A DNA stretch of 64,000 nt from an uncultured Candidatus Entotheonella sp. (GTDB lineage Bacteria; Tectomicrobia; Entotheonellia; Entotheonellales; Entotheonellaceae), in assembly GCA_965217185.1 (NCBI GenBank), contig OZ244252.1, positions 3,808,001-3,872,000 on the forward strand, written 5' to 3'. A program made the translations under genes and the position numbers. Within the stretch, counting starts at the first letter, position 1; every line of letters begins with the position of its first letter. The notes beneath the pieces were generated by a model. The model was not told the DNA's origin. It did not search any database and worked only from the letters and a program-made list of their open reading frames with translations. Below, piece by piece: positions 7,714 to 17,582 of the stretch.

Positions 7714-9750
7714 TTAATCTTCCATTGTGTGCATACTGTCAACAATGCCTACGATGCCATCCAGCAGCCCCTCGGTCTCCTGTTCCAGCGCCAGGATGTC
7801 CGCCCGAATTTCCGCCAGCGTGCGCATCGGCTTCGGCTTGTAGAAGTAGCGGGTGAAGCTGATCTCGTAGCCGATCTTGATGCTGTCGGGCTGGTACCAG
7901 GCGTCGGGCGCGTAGGGCAGAACCTCGCGGCGCAGGAAGGCTTCGATGCCGCCCGGCTCCTGCAACGGGATTTGCTCGGTGTCGCGCAGGTCGGGGTTCG
8001 CCTCGTACTCGACCACGGCGGGCGCGCCGTTGAGGGAAACCGCGAACAGGCCGCACAGCGGGTTGGCCGGCGTGCCGCGCTTGTGAATCTTCCGGATGAC
8101 CGGCGGCGCGTCGTCGCGGCGCTCGCTGATCTCCTTCAGCGCCTTGATCTCGGCGGCCTTGTAGACGCGGTTGGGGGCGACGCCGGCGAGGCGCAGCGGC
8201 CGCTCGACCGTCACCTTCCAGTAGCCGAAGGCGGCGTTGTCGAAAATCTTGCTCTGCTCGCTCTCCTTGAACGCCAGGAACGTGTCGCAGATGCGGGCGA
8301 TGTCGTCGTCGCCGAGTTCGCAGTTCTTCTTGCCCAGGTTCTTGCGCAGGGGCTGGTACCACTGGGTGGCGTCGATGAGCTGCACCTTGCCGCGGCGGTG
8401 CGCCGGCTTGCGATTGGTGAGCACCCAGACGTAGGTGGCGATGCCGGTGTTGTAGAACAGGTTGAGCGGCAGGGCGACGATGGCCTCCAGCCAGTCGTTC
8501 TCGATGATCCAGCGGCGGATGTTGCTCTCGCCCTGGCCGGCGTCGCCGGTGAACAGGGAACTGCCGTTGTGCACCTCGGCGATGCGGCTGCCGAGCGCGG
8601 TGTGCCGCTTCATCTTGGCGAGCTTGTTGGCGAGGAAGAGCATCTGGCCGTCGCTGGAGCGGGTGACCAGTGAGTACTCCGGGTCACCGGCGTGCTCGAT
8701 CACGAAGCGTGGGTCACGCATGTCCTTCTTGCCGCCCATGCGTTCCAGGTCGGTCTTCCAGCTCTTGCCGTAGGGCGGGTTGGAGAGCATGAAGTCGAAC
8801 TCGCGGGCGGGGAAGGCGTCGTTGACCAGGGTGGAGTGCGCCGGGCCGCCGACGATGTTGTCGGCCGCTTCGCCTTCTCCCTTGAGCAGCAGGTCGGCCT
8901 TGCAGATGGCGTAGGTCTCGGCGTTGATCTCCTGTCCGTAGAGGTGGGTGGAGACGTCCCTGCCATGCTCGGCGGCGAGTTGCCGCAGGGTGTCCTCGGC
9001 CACGGTCAGCATGCCGCCGGTGCCGCAGGCGCCGTCGTAGAGCAGGTAGGTGCCGGACTTGATGTCGTCGGCAACGGGGAGGAAAACGAGCCGGGCCATG
9101 AGGCGCACGGCGTCGCGCGGCGTCCAGTGCTCGCCGGCCTCTTCGTTGTTCTCCTCGTTGAAGCGCCGCACCAACTCTTCGAAGATTGAGCCCATGCCGT
9201 GGTTGTCGAGGCCGGGATGCCGCACCGAGCCGTCGGCGTTCAGCACCGGTGCCGGGCTCAGGTTGATGTCGGGGGAGGTTAGCTTCTCGACCAGCGTGCC
9301 GAGGGCGTCGGCTTTGGACAAGCGCGGGATCTGGTTGCGGAACTCGAAGTTGTCGAGGATGTCCTGGACGTTGGGCGAGAAGCCGTCGAGATAGGCTTCG
9401 AAGTCGGCGGTGAGTTGCTGGCGGCTGGCGCGCGCCCGCAGGTCGCGCAGGGTGAACCGGGAGGTGTTGTAGAAGGCTTGGCCGGCGGCCTGTCGCAGGG
9501 CCGAGTCCTGTTCAACGATGCCCGCGTCGTCGAGAGTCGCCTTCATGCCAAGGACAGCCTGCTTGCTGTCTTCCAGCACTGCGTCGAGGCGGCGCAGCAC
9601 GGTCATCGGCAGGATGACGTCGCGGTACTTGCCGCGTACGTAGAGGTCGCGCAGGACGTCGTCGGCGATGCCCCAGATGTAGTTCGTGATCCAGTTCAGG
9701 TCATTGTTGTTCAGCATTGTTGTTTCGTCCAAGTAACGAATTACGTCCAT
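7714..9750 (-). CDS. hsdM: Type I RM methyltransferase subunit M
   Basis: IWGIADDVLRD, GEHWTPR, YDGACGTGGML, NPPY; alternative start at 9717. Confidence 0.96.
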   Translation of the reverse strand: MDVIRYLDETTMLNNNDLNWITNYIWGIADDVLRDLYVRGKYRDVILPMTVLRRLDAVLEDSKQAVLGMKATLDDAGIVEQDSALRQAAGQAFYNTSRFTLRDLRARASRQQLTADFEAYLDGFSPNVQDILDNFEFRNQIPRLSKADALGTLVEKLTSPDINLSPAPVLNADGSVRHPGLDNHGMGSIFEELVRRFNEENNEEAGEHWTPRDAVRLMARLVFLPVADDIKSGTYLLYDGACGTGGMLTVAEDTLRQLAAEHGRDVSTHLYGQEINAETYAICKADLLLKGEGEAADNIVGGPAHSTLVNDAFPAREFDFMLSNPPYGKSWKTDLERMGGKKDMRDPRFVIEHAGDPEYSLVTRSSDGQMLFLANKLAKMKRHTALGSRIAEVHNGSSLFTGDAGQGESNIRRWIIENDWLEAIVALPLNLFYNTGIATYVWVLTNRKPAHRRGKVQLIDATQWYQPLRKNLGKKNCELGDDDIARICDTFLAFKESEQSKIFDNAAFGYWKVTVERPLRLAGVAPNRVYKAAEIKALKEISERRDDAPPVIRKIHKRGTPANPLCGLFAVSLNGAPAVVEYEANPDLRDTEQIPLQEPGGIEAFLRREVLPYAPDAWYQPDSIKIGYEISFTRYFYKPKPMRTLAEIRADILALEQETEGLLDGIVGIVDSMHTMED

Positions 9751-9804
9751 TTGGGTGGAGCATTTCCGTATCGGATTGAATCATGTGAGGGCTGGCAGCT
9801 TCAA

Positions 9805-9895
9805 GTAGGTCGGGTTAGCCGTAGGCGTAACCCGACAACAAAAGCGTTCGGGGCGCATAAGGAATGTCGGATTACGCTGCGCTAATCCGACCTAC
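9805..9895. repeat. Inverted pair of GTAG REP elements (REPIN-like)
   Basis: GTAGGTCGGGTTAGCCGTAGGCGTAACCCGACA (9805-9837) and inverted ATGTCGGATTACGCTGCGCTAATCCGACCTAC (9864-9895). Confidence 0.85.
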
Positions 9896-10725
9896 ATTGT
9901 GCCCAGGCGCTGTCGGTACTGCTGCTCCTTGGCGTCGTAGCAGGCCCAGCGGTCTGTGTGCTGCCGTTTCTTGGCTCCCTGTGCGACGATACGGCATCTG
10001 GTAACCAATTGCTCAAGGACGGCCCGGCGGTGCTCGGCCGGCAGGGGCATAGTCAATGCCTTCTCCAGGGCCTTGATGCGGTAGCGGTCCAGCACGGGGG
10101 TGCGGCGCGACAACTGATCGGCGTGTCCGCCGCGCTTGACGACGAGCCGCTCGGGAAGGAAGCCGACCGGCACGACGGCGGTCAGGCGCAGCCACAAGTC
10201 GTAATCCTCGCAGGCCGGCAGGCTCTCGTCAAAGCCGCCCAGCCGGTCCCACAGCGTGCGGCGCATCATGACGGCGGACGGGCTGATCACACAGCGCGGC
10301 AGCGACGCCAGAAACTGCCAGCCGCCCTGCTTGCGATGGATGCGGCGCTCATTCACCCGCACCCCGCGGCGTATCCACACCTCGTCCGTGTGGTAGGCCT
10401 GCGCTTCCGCCTGCGCCTCGAAATAGGCGACCTGCGCGGACACCTTGTTCGGCAGCCAGAGGTCGTCGGAATCAAGGAAGGCGATCAGGTCGCCGGTTGA
10501 CGCCGCCACGCCGCGGTTGCGGGCCGCGCTGACGCCGCGGTTCTCCTGCCACAGGTATTGCACGCCCGGCCCAAAACCGCTGACGACCGCCGCGGTGCCG
10601 TCGCGCGAGCCGTCGTCCACGACGATGAGCTCGATGTCCGGGTAGTCCTGCTGCAGCACCGAGACGATCGCCTCGCGCACGAAATCGGCGCGGTTGTATG
10701 TTGGAATGACGACACTGACACGCAC
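9892..10725 (-). CDS. Glycosyltransferase family 2
   Basis: VSVVIPTYN, VVDDGS.D, ARN.G, FLDSDD, EDYDLWLR. Confidence 0.93.
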   Translation of the reverse strand: MRVSVVIPTYNRADFVREAIVSVLQQDYPDIELIVVDDGSRDGTAAVVSGFGPGVQYLWQENRGVSAARNRGVAASTGDLIAFLDSDDLWLPNKVSAQVAYFEAQAEAQAYHTDEVWIRRGVRVNERRIHRKQGGWQFLASLPRCVISPSAVMMRRTLWDRLGGFDESLPACEDYDLWLRLTAVVPVGFLPERLVVKRGGHADQLSRRTPVLDRYRIKALEKALTMPLPAEHRRAVLEQLVTRCRIVAQGAKKRQHTDRWACYDAKEQQYRQRLGTM

Positions 10726-10817
10726 GGCGGCAACCTTCGCTGTGAACCCTGGAGCGGACCGTTGACACGGCTCGGGTGGGTCATTATTCTAGCCGCTCTT
10801 GTAGACAACCCATCCCT

Positions 10818-10845
10818 ATGATGATCACGCGATGATGATCACGCG
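10818..10845. repeat. 14-bp tandem duplication
   Basis: ATGATGATCACGCG x2 in a divergent intergenic region. Confidence 0.8.
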
Positions 10846-10868
10846 ACCCAAAAGAAGGAGGCGACGCC

Positions 10869-12500
10869 GTGTACAAGGGCGTGTTTCGGCTGTTCGTGGT
10901 GCTGGTGATGCAGGGCATCATCCTGCTGGGACTCTTTGCTTCCGCCGATGCGGCGCGTAAGAAAATCGTCAAGATCGCCTATAAGGAGCAGGAAACCCTC
11001 GATCCGCACGCCAGCATTCTCGGCCAGACGCAATCCGGCGTGCGCCTGCTGTATCGCGGCCTCACTCGCTTCGCCATCAAGGAGGTCAGGGAAATGGCGC
11101 CGGACGGCACGGAGGTCGTTCGGCAGCAAGTGACCACCACGGAGGTCGAGCCGGACCTGGCGGAAAGCTGGACGGTGTCGGACGACGGCACCGTGTGGAC
11201 CTTCAAGCTGCGGCAGGGGGTGCAGTTCCACAAGGGCTACGGCGAGCTGACCGCCGAGGACGTCAAGTACAGCTTCGAGCGCCAGATGCGGCGTGAACGC
11301 GGCATGCGCTTCGCCAAGAACCTGGACGTGATCCAGGACATTACTGTTCTCGATCCCTACACCGTGCGCATCACCCTCAAGCAGTACGATCCCGTTTTCC
11401 CACTTCGCATGGCCGGCTATCAACAGGGCTACATCGTCAGCCAAAAAGCGGCGCTGGAGTTCGGCGACCAGTTCGGCTGGAACCCGGTCGGTACCGGGCC
11501 GTTCTACTTCCACCGCCATCTGCCGCGCGAAAAGATCATCTTCAGGGCCTTCAAAAAGTATTACGAGGGCCGCCCGGCGATCGACGAGATTCACTGGTTC
11601 GACGTGCCCGAGGACGCCACCAAGCTGATCGGCCTGGAAAAAGGCACCTTCGACATCGTGTCGCCGAACATCGTCACGGCAGACGTGAAGGAGCAGGTGG
11701 CGGCGATGGACGCGGTGCTGGACGAGCGCGGTCCGGGTGGGCAGTTCCGCTTTTACTTCAACCACACCAAGCCACCGTTCGACGACATCCGGGTCCGCAA
11801 GGCGTTCATGCATGCCATCGACCCCCAGGCCATTGTCGACACGCTGTGGCCGGACGGCCTCGGCGTGGTGGCTTCCAGCCCGTTGCCGCCCGGCTATTTC
11901 GGGCATCTGGCCATGGAAATGCCGGCCTACGACCCCGAGCTGGCGCGCCAACTGCTGGCGGAGGCGGGCTACCCGGACGGCCTCACCATCCATGATTACT
12001 TCATCACCAAGTCCTACGGCTACCCGAAGATCATGACCATGGTGCAGGAGCAATTGAAGCGGGTCGGGGTGGACGTGCAGTTGCAATTGGTCGAGCACCC
12101 GACATACCATCGCAATATCCGCAACAACCTGAACCCGTTCGTGCTGTACGGCGGCACTCGTCTCACCGACGGCGACGTGATGCTCAGCCTGTTTTTTCAC
12201 TCTGACGAAGCGCCCGATCCCGGCACCGGCAACAAGGGCACCAATTTCGCCCACTACAGCGGCATCGACGACTTGCTGGAAGAGGGGCGCCGCACCCGTG
12301 ACAGCGAGCAACGCGCCGCCCTGTACCACGAGGCGCAGCGCCGCATCATGCGCGACGCGGTGTGCCTGCCCGTTGTCGATATTCCCAGCCGCAGCGCCCG
12401 CAACCCGGCGCGTGTCAGCACGCCTTTCGACCCGGAACTCGGTGAGTATGCCCTGCACTACTTCTACAACTATCCCGAAATGCTCGCCGTCGTTGAATAA
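10869..12500 (+). CDS. Peptide/nickel ABC transporter substrate-binding protein (family 5)
   Basis: Signal peptide; PDLAESW.VS.DG..WTFKLR.GV.FH; PVGTGPF. Confidence 0.93.
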   Translation: MYKGVFRLFVVLVMQGIILLGLFASADAARKKIVKIAYKEQETLDPHASILGQTQSGVRLLYRGLTRFAIKEVREMAPDGTEVVRQQVTTTEVEPDLAESWTVSDDGTVWTFKLRQGVQFHKGYGELTAEDVKYSFERQMRRERGMRFAKNLDVIQDITVLDPYTVRITLKQYDPVFPLRMAGYQQGYIVSQKAALEFGDQFGWNPVGTGPFYFHRHLPREKIIFRAFKKYYEGRPAIDEIHWFDVPEDATKLIGLEKGTFDIVSPNIVTADVKEQVAAMDAVLDERGPGGQFRFYFNHTKPPFDDIRVRKAFMHAIDPQAIVDTLWPDGLGVVASSPLPPGYFGHLAMEMPAYDPELARQLLAEAGYPDGLTIHDYFITKSYGYPKIMTMVQEQLKRVGVDVQLQLVEHPTYHRNIRNNLNPFVLYGGTRLTDGDVMLSLFFHSDEAPDPGTGNKGTNFAHYSGIDDLLEEGRRTRDSEQRAALYHEAQRRIMRDAVCLPVVDIPSRSARNPARVSTPFDPELGEYALHYFYNYPEMLAVVE

Positions 12501-12529
12501 GACGCAGTAACACCGCTGGAGAGACGCCC

Positions 12530-13534
12530 TTGCTGTCGTATGTGGTCAGGCGGCTGCTGATCGCCATCCCCATGCTTCTCGGCGCCATGAGCATCGTCTT
12601 TTTCGCCATGCGCATCCTGCCGGGCGATCCCTGCCTCGCCATGATGGGCGACGAAGCCACCAGGGAAGCCCTGGAAGACTGTGTGCGGCACCTCGGCCTG
12701 GACCGCCCGCTACTGGTGCAATACGCCGACTACATGTGGAAGTCGCTGCACTTCGATTTCGGCCGCTCCATCGTGTTTCAATACACCGTTTCCAGCTACA
12801 TTCTGGGCATGTTTCCGCATACCCTGCTGCTGGTGCTGGCCAGTAGCTTGGTAGCCCTGGGCGTCGGGCTGCCGACGGGCATCTTTTCAGCCTTGCATCG
12901 GCAGAACCCGCTGGTGGATTACAGTTCCCGCCTCATCGCCCTCCTGGGGCTGTCCATGCCGGTGTTCTGGTTCGGCATCCTGTTGCTCATCGTCTTTTCC
13001 CTGCACCTGGACCTGTTTCCGCTGATCGGCGGCGGTGATCTGACCACGGTGTTCGACATGATCGCCGAGGGTGAAGTCCTTGAATACCCGGAAGATTTTC
13101 TGGCCGCAGTGCTGGACGTGCTGCACCACCTGGTCCTGCCGGCGCTCGCCCTGGGGTTGACCCTGGCGGCGACCGTCAGCCGTATGGCGCGCTCCGCCAT
13201 GCTCGAGGTCATCAGCGCCGATTACATCCGCACGGCGCGCGCCAAGGGCCTGCACGAGCGCTTCGTGATTTACAAGCACGCGCTGCGCAACATGATGATC
13301 CCGCTGCTGACGATCATCGGCCTGTTCGTGGCCATTGCCCTGACCGGTACGGTGCTGACCGAGACGGTGTTCACGCGCCCGGGGCTGGGCAAGATGCTTG
13401 TCGACGCCATTGGCGCCCGCGACTACCCGCTGGCGCAGGGCGCTATCACGGTGTTCACGATGATGATCATCCTGGTGAATTTGTTGGTCGATATTCTGTA
13501 CGCCGTGTTCGATCCCCGCATTGCGTACAAATAG
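12530..13534 (+). CDS. ABC transporter permease (DppB/OppB-like)
   Basis: LPGDP, DYIRTARAKGL, HALRN, ETVF..PGLG. Confidence 0.93.
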   Translation: MLSYVVRRLLIAIPMLLGAMSIVFFAMRILPGDPCLAMMGDEATREALEDCVRHLGLDRPLLVQYADYMWKSLHFDFGRSIVFQYTVSSYILGMFPHTLLLVLASSLVALGVGLPTGIFSALHRQNPLVDYSSRLIALLGLSMPVFWFGILLLIVFSLHLDLFPLIGGGDLTTVFDMIAEGEVLEYPEDFLAAVLDVLHHLVLPALALGLTLAATVSRMARSAMLEVISADYIRTARAKGLHERFVIYKHALRNMMIPLLTIIGLFVAIALTGTVLTETVFTRPGLGKMLVDAIGARDYPLAQGAITVFTMMIILVNLLVDILYAVFDPRIAYK

Positions 13535-13549
13535 GAGAGGCGGACGGCT

Positions 13550-14458
13550 ATGGCGATAACCGGCAACACGGTGTCCGTCGGGGCGATGCCCGGGCCCGCG
13601 GCGTTCGATGCGGAGACGTGGCAGCACCGCCTTCCGGGCCGCCGGCGACGGCGATATATCCCCATCGCGGCGGGGCTGTTGATGGTCGTGTTGATGCTCG
13701 TCTGCGCGGCGCTGGCGCCGCTGATTTCGCCGTTCAGCCCGTCGGCGCAGTTTTCCGACTACGTGCTCGAAGGCCCCGGCGGGCGGCATCTCCTCGGCAC
13801 CGACGAGTTTGGCCGCGACGTGCTCAGCCGCGTCATCTGGGGGGCGCGGGTTTCCCTGCAAGTGGGGTTGGGCGCGGTCGTTGTCGGCTTTCTGGTCGGC
13901 GTGCCGCTCGGCATCCTGGCGGGGTTCAAAGGCGGCGGCATCGAGGCTGCGATCATGCGTTGCACCGACATGCTGCTGGCTTTTCCCACCCTGCTGCTGG
14001 CGTTGATCATCGTGACGGCGCTGGGGGGGTCGCTGCTGAACGAGATCATCGCCATTGGCGTTGCCCTGACACCCAGCTTCGTGCGCCTGGCGCGCAGCAT
14101 GGCCCTGACGATCAAGGAAAACGACTACATCATGGCGGCGCGCGCCCTCGGCGGCTCCCCGCTGCGCCTCATGGTGCGGCACATCTTCCCGAACGCGGTG
14201 TCCACGCTGGTCGTCATCGCCACGTTGTACATCGCCAACGCCATCCGCACCGAGGCCGGGCTGAGCTTCCTCGGCCTCGGCGTACCGCCGCCGACCGCCA
14301 GCTGGGGCAACATCCTCAGCGAGGGGCGCCAGTTCATCAAGTGCTGCCCGTGGCTGACGACGTTCTCCGGCCTGTCCATCATGCTGGCGGTGCTGTCGTT
14401 CAACATCATGGGCGACGCGCTGCGCGACCTGCTCGATCCGCGACTGCGGGGGGATTAG
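13550..14458 (+). CDS. ABC transporter permease (DppC/OppC-like)
   Basis: HLLGTDEFGRD, LSFLGLG..PP..SWG, GDALRD.LDPR. Confidence 0.93.
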   Translation: MAITGNTVSVGAMPGPAAFDAETWQHRLPGRRRRRYIPIAAGLLMVVLMLVCAALAPLISPFSPSAQFSDYVLEGPGGRHLLGTDEFGRDVLSRVIWGARVSLQVGLGAVVVGFLVGVPLGILAGFKGGGIEAAIMRCTDMLLAFPTLLLALIIVTALGGSLLNEIIAIGVALTPSFVRLARSMALTIKENDYIMAARALGGSPLRLMVRHIFPNAVSTLVVIATLYIANAIRTEAGLSFLGLGVPPPTASWGNILSEGRQFIKCCPWLTTFSGLSIMLAVLSFNIMGDALRDLLDPRLRGD

Positions 14459-14487
14459 GGCGTCTTGATCCGCTGCGGGGCGGGGAG

Positions 14488-15318
14488 GTGTCGAGGTGTC
14501 CATTGCTGACTGACTTCATACGCGGATGCCGTTTCCCGTTCCGGGGCGTGGCCTTCCTGGCACGTCACCGTACGCTGTGGACGTGGGCCGCGCTGCCCGC
14601 GGCGGTGAATATCGGCGTTTTCGCCGCCACTCTGGGCGTCTTCCTGTATTTCTTCGGCACCCTCTACAGCCTTACCACCGGCTGGATGTATCCGGCCGCG
14701 CCCGACTTCTGGCTTGCCTGGGCATGGGTGGTGCCCTTGCGCGTGTTCGCCTGGTCCATCGGCGTCGTGCTGTTGTTGGCCGCGTTGCTGATCCTGTACG
14801 GGGCCTTTCTGGCTCTCGGCTTGGTGATCGCCGCGCCCTTTCTGGCCCTGCTGTCGCAGCGCGTCGAGGGGTTGGTGACGGGGAAGCAGGGGCCAGAGGC
14901 TACGAGTTGGAAAGCCGCCCTGGCCACCGTGTTCGAATCCATGATGGACGAATTCCGCAAGATCGCTTTCTTCGCCGGCGTGCAGCTTCTTTTGTGGGTA
15001 CTGGGCCTCGTGTTTCCTTTTTTGGCGCCGATTACGGTTACCGTCGCAATGCTCTTCACCCTGGTGTTTCTGCCCCTCGAATACGCCGGCTTCGCCATGG
15101 ACAGCCGCCACCTGCGTTTCGCCCAGCGCCGCGCCTTGGTGTGGCGGCACCGCTGGCTGATGCTCGGCTTCGGGGCGTCGGCGTCCCTGTCGCTGCTGCT
15201 GCCGCTGCTGAACTTCGTCTGCATGCCCGCGCTAGTGGTCGGCGGCACCCTGATGCTGCTGCACCTCGATGCCCCCGCCGAACCCGCACCACCGGATTCT
15301 CCTCCGGTTGCCCTGTGA
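14488..15318 (+). CDS. EI24/CysZ-like membrane protein
   Basis: Multi-TM; IAAPF..LS..VE and C-terminal PLLNFV..P.LVVGGT; start uncertain. Confidence 0.75.
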   Translation: MSRCPLLTDFIRGCRFPFRGVAFLARHRTLWTWAALPAAVNIGVFAATLGVFLYFFGTLYSLTTGWMYPAAPDFWLAWAWVVPLRVFAWSIGVVLLLAALLILYGAFLALGLVIAAPFLALLSQRVEGLVTGKQGPEATSWKAALATVFESMMDEFRKIAFFAGVQLLLWVLGLVFPFLAPITVTVAMLFTLVFLPLEYAGFAMDSRHLRFAQRRALVWRHRWLMLGFGASASLSLLLPLLNFVCMPALVVGGTLMLLHLDAPAEPAPPDSPPVAL

Positions 15319-15386
15319 TATAATCACGCACTTTTCGCCCCATCCCACACCGACGAGCCTAGAGCTCGCTACTGCTCAGGTGTCGC

Positions 15387-16691
15387 ATGCCTCGCCTGCT
15401 TTTCCTTGCTGTCGCGCTGCTCGGTTTGGCCCTGTTGCTGGGCTCGCCGACCCCGGCAGCCGATTCCCACGTCGATGTTCATCTCGTCGAGGGCATCATC
15501 AATCCCGTCGTCGTGGAATACATGATTCAAGGCATCGAGGAGGCCGAGGCCGGCAACGCCAGCGCGGTCATTTTTCAGCTCGACACCCCCGGCGGCCTGG
15601 TGGAATCGACCCGCCTGATCGTCAAGGCGATCCTGAACGCCAACGTGCCGGTGGTGGTGTACGTATCGCCGAGCGGCGCCCGAGCGGCTTCGGCCGGCAC
15701 CTTCATCACCATCGCCGGGCACGTCGCGGCCATGGCGCCGGGCACCAACATTGGCGCCGCGCATCCCGTTTCCGGGGGAGGCTCCGACATTGAGGGCGAC
15801 ATGCGCGCCAAAGCGGAAAACGACCTCGCCGCCTTCGCCCGCGCCATCGCCAACCAGCGGCAGAAAAACGCCGATTGGGCCGAGGAGGCGGTGCGCGAGA
15901 GCGTGTCGATCACCGAAACGCGCGCCTTGGAAATCGACGTCATCGACATCGTTGCCGAAGACCTCGCCGACCTGCTCGCCCAACTCGACGGCCGCGAGGT
16001 AGAGGTGGGGGGCGATTCGGTCACCCTGCGCACGGCGGACGCCACCATGGTGTCGAAGCAGATGAGTTGGCGCCAGCGCGTGCTCGCGGTGATCTCTCAT
16101 CCGCAATTCGCCCTGATGCTGCTGAGCCTGGGCTCGCTGGGCCTGATGATCGAACTGTACAACCCGGGGCTGATTTTTCCTGGCGTCATCGGCGCCATTT
16201 CCCTGCTGCTGGCCTTCTACTCGCTGCAGACGCTGCCGATTAACTATGCCGGGCTGCTGCTGATCGGATTGAGCATGGTCATGTTCATTCTGGAAGCCAG
16301 TGTCGCCAGCTTTGGCATGCTGACGCTGGGCGGCGTGGTGGCCATGTTCCTGGGCGCGCTCATGCTGATCGACTCCCCAGAGGAATACCTGCGCATCCCG
16401 TTGAGCACGATTATTGTGGTTGTCGGCACCACCGCGGCCCTGTTTACGTTTATCATTGGCGCTGCGGTGCGCGGCTTTCGCAACCAGCCGGTCACTGGCT
16501 CAGAGGGTATGATCGGCGAGATCGGCACGGTGTTCGCCCGCCTCGAACCGAACGGCACCGTGCAGTGGCGCGGCTCCCTGTGGAGCGCCAGGAGCGCCTC
16601 GGACATCGAGGTTGGCGAAGCGGTGCGCATTGTGGAGGTTGACGGACTGAAATTGACCGTTGAGAAGGCTGCAAAGGAGAAGTTTTCATGA
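15387..16691 (+). CDS. nfeD: NfeD-family membrane serine protease
   Basis: [26 protein letters not shown]-terminal OB-fold. Confidence 0.92.
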   Translation: MPRLLFLAVALLGLALLLGSPTPAADSHVDVHLVEGIINPVVVEYMIQGIEEAEAGNASAVIFQLDTPGGLVESTRLIVKAILNANVPVVVYVSPSGARAASAGTFITIAGHVAAMAPGTNIGAAHPVSGGGSDIEGDMRAKAENDLAAFARAIANQRQKNADWAEEAVRESVSITETRALEIDVIDIVAEDLADLLAQLDGREVEVGGDSVTLRTADATMVSKQMSWRQRVLAVISHPQFALMLLSLGSLGLMIELYNPGLIFPGVIGAISLLLAFYSLQTLPINYAGLLLIGLSMVMFILEASVASFGMLTLGGVVAMFLGALMLIDSPEEYLRIPLSTIIVVVGTTAALFTFIIGAAVRGFRNQPVTGSEGMIGEIGTVFARLEPNGTVQWRGSLWSARSASDIEVGEAVRIVEVDGLKLTVEKAAKEKFS

Positions 16692-17563
16692 TGCTGTCGC
16701 AGGTTGGGTTCGTCCTTGTTGTTGTTTTGCTCCTCCTCGTCAACGCTGTCCGAATTCTGCGCGAGTGGGAGCGCGGCGTCGTGCTGCGCCTCGGCAGGTA
16801 TCAGGCCGTACGAGGGCCGGGGCTGGTCTTTATCATTCCGCTCATCGAGAAGATGCACAGGATCAACACGCGGGTGGTGAACGTGGACGTGCCGCCACAG
16901 GACATCATTACCAAGGACAATGTCACCCTGAAGGTCAACGCCGTCGTCTTCTTCCGGATTCTCAGCCCCAAAGAGGCGGTGGTGAACGTCGAGGATTTCT
17001 TTTCGGCGACCTACCAGAAGGCCCAGACGGTGTTGCGCAATGTGCTGGGGCAGTTCGAATTGGATGAATTGCTAAGCGAACGGGACATCATCAACCATCG
17101 CCTGCAGACGATTCTGGATTCCGAGACCGATCAGTGGGGGATCAAGGTCGATTCGGTGGAGATCAAGCACGTGGACCTGCCGCAGGAAATGCAGCGCGCC
17201 ATGGCCCGGCAGGCGGAGGCCGAACGCGAGCGGCGTTCGAAGATCATCGCTGCAGAGGGCGAGTTTCAGGCGTCAACGCGGCTGGCCGAGGCTGCCAGCA
17301 TCATGGGCCGTCACCCCATCGCATTGCAGTTGCGCTTTCTGCAAACCCTCACGGAGGTGGCGGTGGAGAACAATTCGACGATTGTCTTTCCGGTACCCAT
17401 TGATCTCATCAAGCCGTTGATGGGCATGGCTGAAGGGACCCTGCCGTCTGGCAATGGCGGCCCTCCCGCCAACAACGCCGATGGCGGCGACGCGCCTGCA
17501 GCGGTCGAGGAAATCGCGGTGGCCAGCGGTCAGGAAGCAGAGGTCAGTGAGGCAAGCGAGTAA
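16688..17563 (+). CDS. SPFH/stomatin (slipin) protein
   Basis: [38 protein letters not shown]. Confidence 0.94.
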   Translation: MMLSQVGFVLVVVLLLLVNAVRILREWERGVVLRLGRYQAVRGPGLVFIIPLIEKMHRINTRVVNVDVPPQDIITKDNVTLKVNAVVFFRILSPKEAVVNVEDFFSATYQKAQTVLRNVLGQFELDELLSERDIINHRLQTILDSETDQWGIKVDSVEIKHVDLPQEMQRAMARQAEAERERRSKIIAAEGEFQASTRLAEAASIMGRHPIALQLRFLQTLTEVAVENNSTIVFPVPIDLIKPLMGMAEGTLPSGNGGPPANNADGGDAPAAVEEIAVASGQEAEVSEASE

Positions 17564-17582
17564 GGTATGAACAGCGTGACAG

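Noticed and set aside
13618..14487. Apparent 566-aa ORF extending the CysZ-like gene upstream
   Set aside because: Overlaps the permease in another frame; only the part from about 14488 looks coding
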